From NCBI GenBank assembly GCA_963838925.1, contig CAWISW010000001.1, forward strand, positions 128,001-192,000: a stretch of 64,000 bases of DNA. Direction: 5' to 3'. A model generated the notes under the pieces. That model saw only the letters and a program-made list of their open reading frames with translations, was not told the DNA's origin and searched no databases. The stretch comes from an uncultured Nitrososphaerota archaeon. Lineage in GTDB: Archaea > Thermoproteota > Nitrososphaeria > Nitrososphaerales > Gagatemarchaeaceae. The position numbers and the translations under genes are program-made. This document shows, piece by piece, positions 20,030 through 30,060 of this stretch (positions are counted from its first letter, which is position 1; each line of letters begins with the position of its first letter).

Positions 20030-21265
20030 CTAACCGCTCACTGATGCTTTGAGCAGTCGCAAAGTTTCGTCGGCGTGTTCGTCCCACGTATAGGGACGCA
20101 CGGTAATCCAGGCTGATTCCCCAATCCGAGCTCTTCGCATAGGATCCAGCAGGGCTTTCACAGTCTCTTCGCCAAATACTTCAGCGCTTGGGGGAATCAG
20201 AATTGAATTCTCTCCGTTTCTGAGGAACTTGCCGTACTGTTGGAACCAATTGCCGCCTGCGATTAGCGCTTTCCCATGAACCATGTACATCACAACTTTT
20301 GTGCCCATGCACCAATCGTCTAGCAGTTGAGTGCATAGGTCTGAAAGGGCAAGATAAGGACCAAGTTCTGCATATGGAATGGATCCGGCAAAGATGAAGC
20401 GATCTTCAAGATGAGAAGCTCTCACGGACTTCATTAGCGAGTGAAGGGTTGGGCCACTGCCTATGACGAGAAATTTCGCATTTGGAATTCGTGACACAAT
20501 GAATGGTGCTGCCGAAACCATGATGTCCAGACGATACACAGCCGTAATCTGACCTGCGTAAAGTATTACCGACTTGCCTTCCAACCCAAGCCTTCTCTTG
20601 AGCGAGACGACGCTTGCCGAGTCGACTGCAGGCGGAGTGTAGCCCACCTCGTACCCTCCGTTCGGCAGAAAGAGCGTCCTTTCAACGGGGAAGTTGTCCT
20701 TGATGTATTTGCCCACAACTTCATCAACATAGATTATTGCGTACGCATTGCGTCTGGTCATGACCAGGTCTTCGCAGATTTTGAAAGCCTTTCTAGCCAG
20801 ACCGTGTTCTCTCACGAAGTCGGGGTCGCCGTAGTTGGCGACGAAAGGTATCTTCTTTCTCATTCTAATCACGGCGCCAACCGACCCCACGAGGATTGTT
20901 GTGCTGTATTGCGCCGCGACTTTGATTCGGGTAACAGTGAGGTATGCGAGTATGAATAGGGTCCCCATGACGAGGGTTAGAGGTGTGGTCGCGCTTGCCG
21001 GGCTGACAATGACCGGAGGGAAGAGGTAGACCGTATTCCTGCTTACGATTCTCTTTGGGAATAGGTTGGTCACGAAGTCGCAAAAGGGGTTTCCGACGTG
21101 GCGGCCGATAGGGCAGTAGACCAGTAGCTTCTGTCCTTTCTCTGAGAGCTTTCTCGCGAGGTGGTATCTTGGAGACGCGGCTTGGGCCTCGAATACGGGA
21201 TGGGTGAAGTGGTTCGTGATGTAGAGAACCCAGTCATCAAATGGACTTATCTTTGTTTGCTCCAT
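20030..21265 (-). CDS. Glycosyltransferase family 4
   Basis: LPNG, ILYAG, VIGSGP, YLALSD, TKVVMYMVHGK. Confidence 0.8.
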   Translation of the reverse strand: MEQTKISPFDDWVLYITNHFTHPVFEAQAASPRYHLARKLSEKGQKLLVYCPIGRHVGNPFCDFVTNLFPKRIVSRNTVYLFPPVIVSPASATTPLTLVMGTLFILAYLTVTRIKVAAQYSTTILVGSVGAVIRMRKKIPFVANYGDPDFVREHGLARKAFKICEDLVMTRRNAYAIIYVDEVVGKYIKDNFPVERTLFLPNGGYEVGYTPPAVDSASVVSLKRRLGLEGKSVILYAGQITAVYRLDIMVSAAPFIVSRIPNAKFLVIGSGPTLHSLMKSVRASHLEDRFIFAGSIPYAELGPYLALSDLCTQLLDDWCMGTKVVMYMVHGKALIAGGNWFQQYGKFLRNGENSILIPPSAEVFGEETVKALLDPMRRARIGESAWITVRPYTWDEHADETLRLLKASVSG

Positions 21266-21502
21266 CTTGCTGTGTGACCATCGAAACGGCTAGCCTGCCG
21301 GCCTTTTAGGCTGTCCAACGGCATAACATTTAGCCTTACGGCTTTGAATCCCGTTAGCTGCATTGTGGCTACGCAGGCAGCGACACGATTCATTTGTGAA
21401 CGGGCCGCCCAGTCGCCGGATTCTTGCGGATGAACCATCAAGTCGAGTCTAGATGCACTGGTGATTCAACACTTAACTACACATCGGCGAAGAAACCAAT
21501 AG

Positions 21503-22693
21503 TTGACCAGGGCAGTTCTGCTCATGCTCCCTAATCCGGTCCACCTCGCCTACAAAATTGTTGCAAGCAATCCTCCAGTGGGATACTCATTCGTCCCAGA
21601 GTTGCACAGCGTAATGGAGCAATCATCCAACATTGGAGTCCAGCAGGGGAGTGGCTTGTTCTATAAAGAGAATCGATTCACTGGTGGTATCATCTTCCTA
21701 AGAGATTGTTTCCTACTGACAAGGGAGAGACTTGCCTCGCTCAGAAGACCCTCTGAGGTGTCTCTGGTTTTTTCTTTATCGAAATACACTGCGTTCAATC
21801 GAGTGCCTACGATACTCTATACAGAGTATGTCTCGCCGCAGGCTGCAAGCAGGCGTGCTATTCAGCGAACCCTGTATCTGCAAAGGAGCATCAAGAAGAT
21901 CCTGGCGAGCAGTCGAACATCCATAGCAACCTACCTAAGCGTTCTCACCGAGAAGGAAGTGGAGGAGAAGGTTGATTCTTTCATGATTGGTGTTCCTTTG
22001 CCACCCCCTTTCCAGAAGCAGGAGAAGGAAACAGTGAACCTGCTTTTCGTTTCTTCCGGGAACTATCAGCAGAATGAAAGTTATGCTCACGCGGCCTTCA
22101 CAATAAGGGGCGGGATGGATGTTCTTCGTAGCTTCAGACTTCTAAACAAACAATATGGGAACAAGATTAGACTCGTGATGCGAAGCTACATTCCACGGGT
22201 TGTGAAGGAGAACTTCGCTGACGTGCTCGGCCTTCCCAACGTTTCCGTCTACGAGCAATTCGTTCCAAAGAGCGAGCTGCGGGCGTTGTACGAATCAAGT
22301 GATATCATGTTGTTCCCCGCCTATCGTGGAGTCGCACTAACTATCGGCGAGGCCTTTGGATACGGCTTACCCGTAGTTGGAGCCGATTCATGGGACATGC
22401 CGGACTACGTCACGGATAAGTTTGATGGTTTGCTGCCTCACAGAGACGATACAGGAAAACTCACTATTCGGAACCATGTGCCGTTTTGGGATTTTGAGAA
22501 CATAATCAGAGGACTCAGTGACGACGACTTTCTGAAGTCGTATGTGGAAGCTGTTTCAACCTTGATAGACCAAAAGCGCACAAGACAAGAGCTTGCTGCC
22601 AATGCAATCGAAACGGTACGCGCTGGTGGACTTTCAATTCCCTACATGCGCAAACGCTTGGGTCAATTCTTCGAAGAGGCTATTGCTCGGTAA
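21503..22693 (+). CDS. Glycosyltransferase family 4
   Basis: LYESSDIMLFPA, EAFGYGLPVV, DGLL. Confidence 0.78.
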   Translation: MTRAVLLMLPNPVHLAYKIVASNPPVGYSFVPELHSVMEQSSNIGVQQGSGLFYKENRFTGGIIFLRDCFLLTRERLASLRRPSEVSLVFSLSKYTAFNRVPTILYTEYVSPQAASRRAIQRTLYLQRSIKKILASSRTSIATYLSVLTEKEVEEKVDSFMIGVPLPPPFQKQEKETVNLLFVSSGNYQQNESYAHAAFTIRGGMDVLRSFRLLNKQYGNKIRLVMRSYIPRVVKENFADVLGLPNVSVYEQFVPKSELRALYESSDIMLFPAYRGVALTIGEAFGYGLPVVGADSWDMPDYVTDKFDGLLPHRDDTGKLTIRNHVPFWDFENIIRGLSDDDFLKSYVEAVSTLIDQKRTRQELAANAIETVRAGGLSIPYMRKRLGQFFEEAIAR

Positions 22694-22817
22694 CGACGAT
22701 TGGGATTCATTCTCCAACCAATGGTAACCAGAACATCGTGTGCGCACAGGTCTTTCAACTGATGAAATACAACTCTTTTTGGATAGGGAAATATGCTTTC
22801 AGATTCTTGCGGCATGC

Positions 22818-22988
22818 GTGAAGGAGGAAAGAATTCTGAATACCGGGGCCGCGGCCTACATCGGAAGCGTCCTATGCGAGCATCTTCTTTCGTTGGCTCA
22901 CTCGGGAACCGCAGTGGACAACCTAGCTTACTGCCAGAGCTCTTTGTTGCATGTTTGTCATTACAAGACACTTGCCTGTATGTGGTGA
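22818..22988 (+). pseudogene. N-terminal remnant of an NAD-dependent epimerase
   Basis: RILNTGAAAYIGSVLCEHLL..AVDNLAY is a degenerate GxxGxxG Rossmann start, truncated after about 55 codons. Confidence 0.7.
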
Positions 22989-23054
22989 CGCCTACGAACG
23001 TCCTCGGCTAGGTAAGCTTCGTCACCGAGGAACCAATCTTTGCGAATCGCATGT

Positions 23055-23981
23055 CTACTTCGCCGACGGGAGGCTGGGGAATTGTTCCCCAAGCGCGTAC
23101 TGAATCGCTTCTTTAACTTCTTGAGAGATCTCTGCTTTGATATCCTCTTTCTGGGCTTCGGAGAGTTCCAGCCTCCTCTCCTCGTAGAGGAGTGGATCCC
23201 TCTTTGCGAGTTCGGCCAATTCACTCTTGCTCCTGGCATCAGGCTGCCCTTGCTTGTGCCAGCAGAGCCTGGTGGTATTCATATCCACGATATAGGGTTT
23301 CGATGTTTCTCTGACTACCGTAGAGGCCTCGCTCACGGCTTGCATTACTTCATCGAGGTGGTTACCGTCAACCTGAGAGGACTCGATTCCGTATGCCTTT
23401 GCCCTTTCGGCGATGGTCTTGGTGGGGAGGTAGAACTCAGGGCGTATATTCCCCGCCAGTCCGTTGTTCTCACAGAGCATTAACAGGGGTGCCTTTCTGA
23501 CGCTCGCTATATTTAGCCCCTCGTGGAACTGCGCGTTACTTGTGGCCGCATCGCCGAAGAAACAGGCGACAATGTCAGAACCCTTCAGGTAGTTCTTCAC
23601 TGTCCAAGCGAGTCCCGCTGCGACGGGCACACATGTCCCGACGAGCTGGAAGCTGAACATGTAACGTAACTTCGGGTAGCTGATGTGCATCTCCCCCGCC
23701 ATTCCTCCATTCACACCGCTCTCCCTTCCGAGTATCTCGGCTACAAGCGGCTTCAGGGGCATCCCACGAGACACTGAGTGTGCAATCGTCCGGTGATGAG
23801 TCACTATATAGTCGGTCGGACGCAGCGCAGCACAGGCCCCGACGGATATCGCTTCTTGGCCCTTGCTAAAGTGCAAGTCACCTGCGTCCCCTTCAAGGCA
23901 GAGCCTCTGCAGCTCGTCTTCGAGGACACGTATCTTCAGCATCCTCTTGTAGAGCTCAATTTCGACGACCGTCTCCATCAA
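23055..23981 (-). CDS. TPP-dependent E1 alpha-like subunit
   Basis: GQEA, THHR, GDAA...CENN TPP-binding motif, VDGN. Confidence 0.88.
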   Translation of the reverse strand: MMETVVEIELYKRMLKIRVLEDELQRLCLEGDAGDLHFSKGQEAISVGACAALRPTDYIVTHHRTIAHSVSRGMPLKPLVAEILGRESGVNGGMAGEMHISYPKLRYMFSFQLVGTCVPVAAGLAWTVKNYLKGSDIVACFFGDAATSNAQFHEGLNIASVRKAPLLMLCENNGLAGNIRPEFYLPTKTIAERAKAYGIESSQVDGNHLDEVMQAVSEASTVVRETSKPYIVDMNTTRLCWHKQGQPDARSKSELAELAKRDPLLYEERRLELSEAQKEDIKAEISQEVKEAIQYALGEQFPSLPSAK

Positions 23982-24967
23982 TTCGATAACCTCCTTATCG
24001 CCGCAAGTATCTCCTCATCGGTGGGTAACATATACTTGTGCAGTGCCTGGCTGGCAGGTATGGTTGATTTGGGCGCGCCCAGCCTTTCAATTGGCTTCTT
24101 GAGGCTGTTGAAACAACGCGATTGGACCTCGGCAGCGATTTCTGCCCCGACACCTCCATATTTTATGTCAGGTTCGACTATCAGTAGCTTTCCTGTCCTT
24201 GAAACGGACTCGCAGACGGTCTCAAAGTCTACAGGCGCCACCGTCCTAAGGTCGATAAGATCACATTCTATTCCATGCTGGGCAACTAGAGATTCCACCT
24301 GACACATCGTCAGCGCGTAGGATACAATTGTTAGCTGGTCCCCGGCGAGTCTCCGCCTCGCAAAACCAAAGGGGATGGGGTTGTTGGAGGTTAGATTTTG
24401 GTCAGACTCGTCAATGTTTGCGTCACTAATCATCCTGTCCTCGAAGAAGAGCGTCACGCCAGGTGTCCTAAGGGCAGTCAGCATCAAACCACGAGCATCG
24501 TTGGGTGCTGACGGCACTGCCACGTTCAACCCCGGGATGTGTGCGAAGATGGCTTCCGGTCTCTGTCCTGTTGTAGGCCCACCCATGAAGTATTCTGCCC
24601 TGATTACTATGGTCCTTGGGTCCATCGCTCCTCCTAGGACGAAGTTGATTTTCGCTGCCGTGTTGCATATGCTGTCGAGAGTTCGATAAAGGAAGTCCCC
24701 GAGTATGACATCAACTACGGGCTTGATTCCCGCGAGCGCCGCCCCCACGGCGAAGTTCGTGTTGCCGTCTTCAGAGATGGGCAAGGTGATGACCCTCTCC
24801 CCGAATTCCTTCTCGATATCAGGCGCGTCGAAGTGAATCTTCATGTGCGCCCCTTCACCGAAGAGGTAGATTGACGGGTCGATTCTCATCTGCTGTAATA
24901 TTGCACCATAAATTCCGTTTCTTATCAGCCTGTTCCGGGCCCAAGCATTGGGCTTTTTTGTCTGCAA
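23978..24967 (-). CDS. TPP-dependent E1 beta/transketolase-C-like subunit
   Basis: LFGEG, PISE, HIPGLNV, IDLRTVAP, SVSRTGKLLIVE; probable TTG start at 24967. Confidence 0.88.
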   Translation of the reverse strand: MQTKKPNAWARNRLIRNGIYGAILQQMRIDPSIYLFGEGAHMKIHFDAPDIEKEFGERVITLPISEDGNTNFAVGAALAGIKPVVDVILGDFLYRTLDSICNTAAKINFVLGGAMDPRTIVIRAEYFMGGPTTGQRPEAIFAHIPGLNVAVPSAPNDARGLMLTALRTPGVTLFFEDRMISDANIDESDQNLTSNNPIPFGFARRRLAGDQLTIVSYALTMCQVESLVAQHGIECDLIDLRTVAPVDFETVCESVSRTGKLLIVEPDIKYGGVGAEIAAEVQSRCFNSLKKPIERLGAPKSTIPASQALHKYMLPTDEEILAAIRRLSN

Positions 24968-25021
24968 TTGAGCTCTGCAGTAAACAAGGTTCTTATAATG
25001 TATTTTGAACGCTATGCATGA

Positions 25022-25990
25022 TTGGCTTCGGATTTCTTCCGCGACAAACTGGTGGCCGTGACAGGCGCGACTGGTCTGAACGGATCGTATATCATGAATG
25101 CTCTTTCTGGGACGGGCGCCAAAGTTAGGGCGGTGATTCATCGAAGACCGCCTACTGAATTTACCAAACTTGCGGATGAATTCGTCACAGCCAACCTTAT
25201 GGAGGGCGAAGCAACTCGGAGTGCTATCAAGGGTGCAGAAATAGTAATCCACGCTGGAGGCGTCACAGGAGGAATCCCATTTGCTATGGCTGATCCTGCC
25301 GCTTTGGTCGCTCCCAACGCAATAATCGCCACCCAGGTCATCGATGCTTGTGCGAAGGAGAAAGTTGAACGTCTCTGTGTGCTCAGCAGTACGACCGTTT
25401 ATCCTCCTTCAGACTTGCCGGTGAAAGAAGATGAGGCGTGGACGGGCGAACCCTATGAGATGTACTACGGAATAGGTTGGGTCAAAAGGTTCACCGAAAA
25501 GCTCTGCACGTTTTACGCCGAGAATTACGGTCTCCAGGTTGCTATAGTCAGGCCAGCAGGAGCCTATGGTAGGTTCGATGACTTCGATGAAGGGACATCT
25601 CACGTGATTCCTGCCATGATAGCTCGGGCAGTCTCCGGGGTGAATCCATTCGTGGTGTGGGGTGATGGTGGCGATGTGAGAGACTTCGTGCACGCGAGCG
25701 ACCTGGCTCAAGGGGCATTGCTCGCAGTGGAGAAGCACGCGAACTGTGACGCCGTCAACATCGCGTCGGGCGTGCCATGCACCACGGGGCAGCTTGCCAA
25801 GATAATCTTGGAGGCCGTTGGGAGCGGTGCAGAGATCAAATTCGACCCCACCAAGCCGTCTGCAATGAGGATTCGCAAGGTGGACATCTCAAAGGCGCAG
25901 AGTCTGCTAGGTTATTCCCCAAGGATGTCGTTGCATGAAGGAATCAGAGATACGGTCGCCTGGTACAGGAGTCGATTGCGCGGAAGCTGA
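25022..25990 (+). CDS. GDP-L-fucose synthase/ColC-like extended SDR (atypical active site)
   Basis: TGATGLNG, GGI, SSTTVYP, SHVIPAMI, WGDG..RDFVH; YxxxK position reads IGWVK. Confidence 0.78.
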   Translation: MASDFFRDKLVAVTGATGLNGSYIMNALSGTGAKVRAVIHRRPPTEFTKLADEFVTANLMEGEATRSAIKGAEIVIHAGGVTGGIPFAMADPAALVAPNAIIATQVIDACAKEKVERLCVLSSTTVYPPSDLPVKEDEAWTGEPYEMYYGIGWVKRFTEKLCTFYAENYGLQVAIVRPAGAYGRFDDFDEGTSHVIPAMIARAVSGVNPFVVWGDGGDVRDFVHASDLAQGALLAVEKHANCDAVNIASGVPCTTGQLAKIILEAVGSGAEIKFDPTKPSAMRIRKVDISKAQSLLGYSPRMSLHEGIRDTVAWYRSRLRGS

Positions 25991-26000
25991 GTTGACTTCA

Positions 26001-26906
26001 ATGAAATTCCTAATTACCGGTATAGGCGGGTTCATCGGGACAAACCTCGCTTTGGCGCTTTCTAGGAGTGGCGCTGAGGTCGTTGGCATCGATGTGCCGA
26101 AGTCGCTCGAGAGGACTGAACTCAAATCGGCTTCTAACATTGAACTTGCCGTGGCGGATATCAGGGACTACTCCAGCCTGATTAAGCTAGGAGACAAATT
26201 CGATTGCATCATCCACCTCGCGGCCTTGGCTGCACCCAAGCAATGTGACGAGAACCCATCGTTGGCCTTTGATGTCAACGTGCACGGGACTCATAACGTG
26301 CTCAAGTTCGCCCTCAATAGCGGCGCAAGCAGATTCATCTTTCCCTCCACAGCCCACGTTTATGGTATCAGCCCAAAGTACATCCCCACTGATGAGAGTC
26401 ACCCGCTCGCCTTGCAGAATACCTATACCACAACAAAGATACTCGGGGAGAGCCTTTGCAGACTCTTCTTCGAGAACCACGCATTATCCTATCTGACCCT
26501 TCGCCTGTTCAACGTGTACGGGCCCGGGCAGAGCCTTGACTATTTCATCCCGGCTACGATAATGAAGGCCAAGGAGGGCCGTATCGCTCTTCGAGGCGCC
26601 GAGGTCACGAAGGATTTCGTCTTTGTGAGCGATCTCATGAGTGCTTTTAGGGCGTCGATAGAGTCCGAGTATGTCGGCGAAATCAACATTGGGACAGGAG
26701 TCCAGACCAAGCTGAAGACGGTCGCATCGTACATTGCAAATAAAATGGGCGCTGAATTAAGCATAGACAATGCATTTGATGAGGGTCCGACCTTCATGCA
26801 GTGTGACCCGACTAGGGCTAATAGGGCTCTGCATTGGCGGCCAACCGTGAAGTTGGAAGAGGGGCTGGACCGAACGATAGAGCTCTTTGGCACCGATAAA
26901 CGGTAG
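26001..26906 (+). CDS. NAD-dependent epimerase/dehydratase
   Basis: TGIGGFIG, IHLAA, YTTTK, RLFNVYGPGQ. Confidence 0.88.
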   Translation: MKFLITGIGGFIGTNLALALSRSGAEVVGIDVPKSLERTELKSASNIELAVADIRDYSSLIKLGDKFDCIIHLAALAAPKQCDENPSLAFDVNVHGTHNVLKFALNSGASRFIFPSTAHVYGISPKYIPTDESHPLALQNTYTTTKILGESLCRLFFENHALSYLTLRLFNVYGPGQSLDYFIPATIMKAKEGRIALRGAEVTKDFVFVSDLMSAFRASIESEYVGEINIGTGVQTKLKTVASYIANKMGAELSIDNAFDEGPTFMQCDPTRANRALHWRPTVKLEEGLDRTIELFGTDKR

Positions 26907-27081
26907 AACGAAGAGAGACTTCAAGAGCAGTCGTGGTCTTCTTGGATTTGCTGTTGATGCCGTCCGCTGTTTGGGACCTGGACTTCAGTTGCGCTGCGGC
27001 GACAGCCAGAGGAGAAGCCCTCCCTGCCACCGTTTCGAGAAACAATTTTAGCCCATTGGTAAAGGGGTTGGGAATACTCAC

Positions 27082-28359
27082 ATGCCTGACCTGATTGAAG
27101 AGATTAATGAGAGGATAGAGCAGTACTTCGCATCCAAGGCCCGTCATAAATTCGTGCCGGGGAAGACGAAGATTCCCTTGGCAGTTCCTCAGTTTGGCGC
27201 AGCCGAAGTCATCGAGTCGCTGGACTCTCTGATGTCGACATACGTCACCATGGGGAAGAAAGTCAGGAAGTTCGAGGAGATGTTTGCGGAGTACGTCGGG
27301 ACGGGAAGGAGCGTCATGTCTAATTCGGGTTCGTCTGCAAACCTTCTCGCAGTGTCGGCACTTTCATCGAGGCACTTCCGCGACCGGATCAAGCCGGGAG
27401 ACGAGGTCATCTGTCCTGCCGTCACTTGGTCTACAACGGTGTATCCACTCCTAGCGATTGGCGCCACGCCGGTGCTCGTGGACGTCAAGACGGAGAATTT
27501 CGGTATCTCACCAGCTACTATCGAGGAGGCGATAACGCCGAAGACAAAGGCCGTCATCGCAGTGCATCTCATGGGAAATCCGTGCGAAGTCGACGAAATA
27601 CGTCGTATCACGGATAAGAAGGGGATACATCTCATCGAGGATTCATGTGAGGCCCACGGTGCGAGGATTGGCGGAAAGCACGTGGGGCGCTTTGGCCTTT
27701 GCGGGACATTTAGTTTCTATCTCTCTCATCATATTACTACGATTGAAGGCGGAATGGTGCTTTCTGACGACGACGACTTTATGGACCTGGTAACGTCACA
27801 GAGGGCACACGGCTGGATAAGAGAAATGAGGAACCATCAGGCGATTGCTGCAAAGTACAAGGAAATCGACGATCGATTCCTATTCTATGAGACTGGCTAC
27901 AACTTGCGGCCCACTGAAATTCAAGGAGCATTCGGGATACATCAACTGCCAAGGCTCGAACGCCTTGTTCAGTTCCGACGTCGCATTGCGAAGAGAATGA
28001 ACCGCAAGCTGGCGCATCTGAAGGATTACCTAATTCTTCCCGAAGAGCGACCCGGCACGACAAACTCGTACTTTGCGTATCCACTGACTATAAGGAAGAG
28101 TGCACCGTTTGGAAGAAGGGAGTTCATGCAATTTCTTTCTGCCAAACTAATTGACAGCAGGCCGGTCGCAGCTGGGAACCTCGCCGAACAACCGAGCGCG
28201 GCCCTATATGACCACCGCATTGTCGGTTCATTGAAGAATGCGAAGTTAATCATGCGCAACTCCTTCTTCATAGGCCTTCACGAGGAAATACATGAGGAGG
28301 AGGCTGACTACATTGCTAAGTGTGCAGAGGATTTTGTCACGAGTAAAATTACCAAGTAA
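27082..28359 (+). CDS. NDP-4-keto-6-deoxyhexose 3-dehydratase (ColD/RfbH-like)
   Basis: NSGSSANLLA, EDSCEAHG, FSFYLSHHITTIEGG (His in place of the PLP Lys), GYNLRP. Confidence 0.85.
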   Translation: MPDLIEEINERIEQYFASKARHKFVPGKTKIPLAVPQFGAAEVIESLDSLMSTYVTMGKKVRKFEEMFAEYVGTGRSVMSNSGSSANLLAVSALSSRHFRDRIKPGDEVICPAVTWSTTVYPLLAIGATPVLVDVKTENFGISPATIEEAITPKTKAVIAVHLMGNPCEVDEIRRITDKKGIHLIEDSCEAHGARIGGKHVGRFGLCGTFSFYLSHHITTIEGGMVLSDDDDFMDLVTSQRAHGWIREMRNHQAIAAKYKEIDDRFLFYETGYNLRPTEIQGAFGIHQLPRLERLVQFRRRIAKRMNRKLAHLKDYLILPEERPGTTNSYFAYPLTIRKSAPFGRREFMQFLSAKLIDSRPVAAGNLAEQPSAALYDHRIVGSLKNAKLIMRNSFFIGLHEEIHEEEADYIAKCAEDFVTSKITK

Positions 28360-28393
28360 TTCAAACTGATTCTGAAGAGCGTCCCCCGGCTGG

Positions 28394-28846
28394 TCACTTC
28401 AACAGGATTGTCTTGTACTCCTCTCTCAGTTGTTTCGGTAATGCATTCTTTGGGAACCAATGACCTTCGGAGCTTGTCCGGTCTAACCATACTTGGTTGG
28501 TATCCGAGCGGGTCCTGTAAACAAAAGTCACAGCGTGCTCCCTTGGAGTGATGATCTCGACTACGCCCCTAAAGTGAATCATCGAGACATCGACTTTCAA
28601 ACCCGTCTCCCTCTTGAGAATTCTAACTGCGGCGTCTGCCAGCCTCTCATTTCTCAGTATTCGTCCTCCCGGCGTTGCCCATTCCCCGCGCCAGGCATGA
28701 TTGTTGGCATTCCTCCTAAGCAAGAGGAAGCACCTTGAATGATTTGTGACTACTATGTCAGTTGTGATAATCGGAAAAAGCGCGAGGTGCTCCTCGAAGA
28801 CACTCTTCGGCACCCGCTCCAGGTACGTTCGGGTCTTTCGAGTCAA
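28394..28846 (-). CDS. Nudix hydrolase, GDP-mannose mannosyl hydrolase (Gmm/WcaH)-like
   Basis: PIITTDIVV..FLLLRR..W.TPGGRI..NE.LADA..RILKRETGL. Confidence 0.7.
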   Translation of the reverse strand: MTRKTRTYLERVPKSVFEEHLALFPIITTDIVVTNHSRCFLLLRRNANNHAWRGEWATPGGRILRNERLADAAVRILKRETGLKVDVSMIHFRGVVEIITPREHAVTFVYRTRSDTNQVWLDRTSSEGHWFPKNALPKQLREEYKTILLK

Positions 28847-29250
28847 AGCCGGTTCCCACCATTCGTTGTGGTTTGCTCTTCTGTTGGCATTAGACTTCTC
28901 GTTCTAAGCACCATTTCTTCATAGCTGAGAATCAGGGATAGAACAACTGAGATTCTGCCAAGCCCACCGGTTGCCTGGCGGAGTCTCCTCACGTCTTGCA
29001 TGTCAATCGCCCTCCAGACCATGAAGGCTCGGCCTGATGAGGATTGCCGTGTAATGAAAACTGGTTGTCGCAATGCAAAGCCCGCAAGGCAATTCGACGG
29101 GCCTTTCTCCCGAAGGTGATGGCCGACTCCAAGGGCATACTGCGTCAGGATTTGAAGAGTTGAACTGATATTTATCAACCTGCTAATTCGAGGATTAGAT
29201 CGCGACAGTCAAGGCATATATGTGAATCAGGTCTATGTATCAGTCGAGAC

Positions 29251-30060
29251 TTGAAGCCGCTCGTTTCGGTAATCGTCCCGACGAAAGACAGCGCGGCTTA
29301 TCTGCCGAGATGTTTGGATTCTATTGTATCTCAGACATATGTTAATCTTGAAATCATAGTCGTGGATAACTACTCTAATGACGAGACGGTCGAGATAGCA
29401 AGGAGGTTCAAGTCGAAGATCATCCTAATCCCGGACTCAGAAAGAAGCGAGCAAGTGAATTACGGGGTGATGATAGCAAGGGGAAAGTACGTGTATAGGG
29501 TCGACAGCGATTTTGTGCTCAGTGCCGAAGTAATTGAGCAGGCGGTAGCGAAGGCTGAAACTGGTTATCCCGCAGTGGTCGTCAACAACTTCTCCGATAG
29601 CACTGTCAGCTTTTGGGCCAGGGTGCGTCTGTTAGAAAAGGAGCTTGTAACGGGGGATTGGGCGCACACGGCCCCCACGTTCTTTTCAAAAGAACTGTTT
29701 ACGGAAGTCGGGGGTTACAACGAACGGCTCGTTGCAGGTGAGGATTATGATATAAGGAATAGGATAGCGACGAAGCATAATGTTGCCGAGATAAACGCAA
29801 GGATAACCCATCTTGGGGAACCGAAGACGCTAGGGCAGATAGTCCGAAAGTTCGTCTACTATGGGTCGGTGATAGATCTGTTCTTCGAGGAGAATCCTGG
29901 GAAGGGAGCTTGGCAGATTGCTCCCATTCGCCTCATTTACTGGCGGAAGAGGAGACTCTTCGCTCAGTTCGGCCCCAAGGTGTTTCTTGGCTTCATCGTC
30001 TACCAATACACGCGATACATGGCTGCACTCTTTGGCTACATGACGGTTAAGATGTCATGA
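29251..30060 (+). CDS. Glycosyltransferase family 2
   Basis: VSVIVPT, VVDNYSND, VDSD, GGYNE..GEDYD. Confidence 0.88.
   Translation: MKPLVSVIVPTKDSAAYLPRCLDSIVSQTYVNLEIIVVDNYSNDETVEIARRFKSKIILIPDSERSEQVNYGVMIARGKYVYRVDSDFVLSAEVIEQAVAKAETGYPAVVVNNFSDSTVSFWARVRLLEKELVTGDWAHTAPTFFSKELFTEVGGYNERLVAGEDYDIRNRIATKHNVAEINARITHLGEPKTLGQIVRKFVYYGSVIDLFFEENPGKGAWQIAPIRLIYWRKRRLFAQFGPKVFLGFIVYQYTRYMAALFGYMTVKMS

Noticed and set aside
23055-24967. Central-metabolism pyruvate dehydrogenase
   Set aside because: No E2/E3 nearby, beta-before-alpha order, and embedded among sugar-nucleotide genes
28843-29178. 111-aa minus-strand ORF
   Set aside because: No recognisable motif; could be an eroded gene or intergenic DNA
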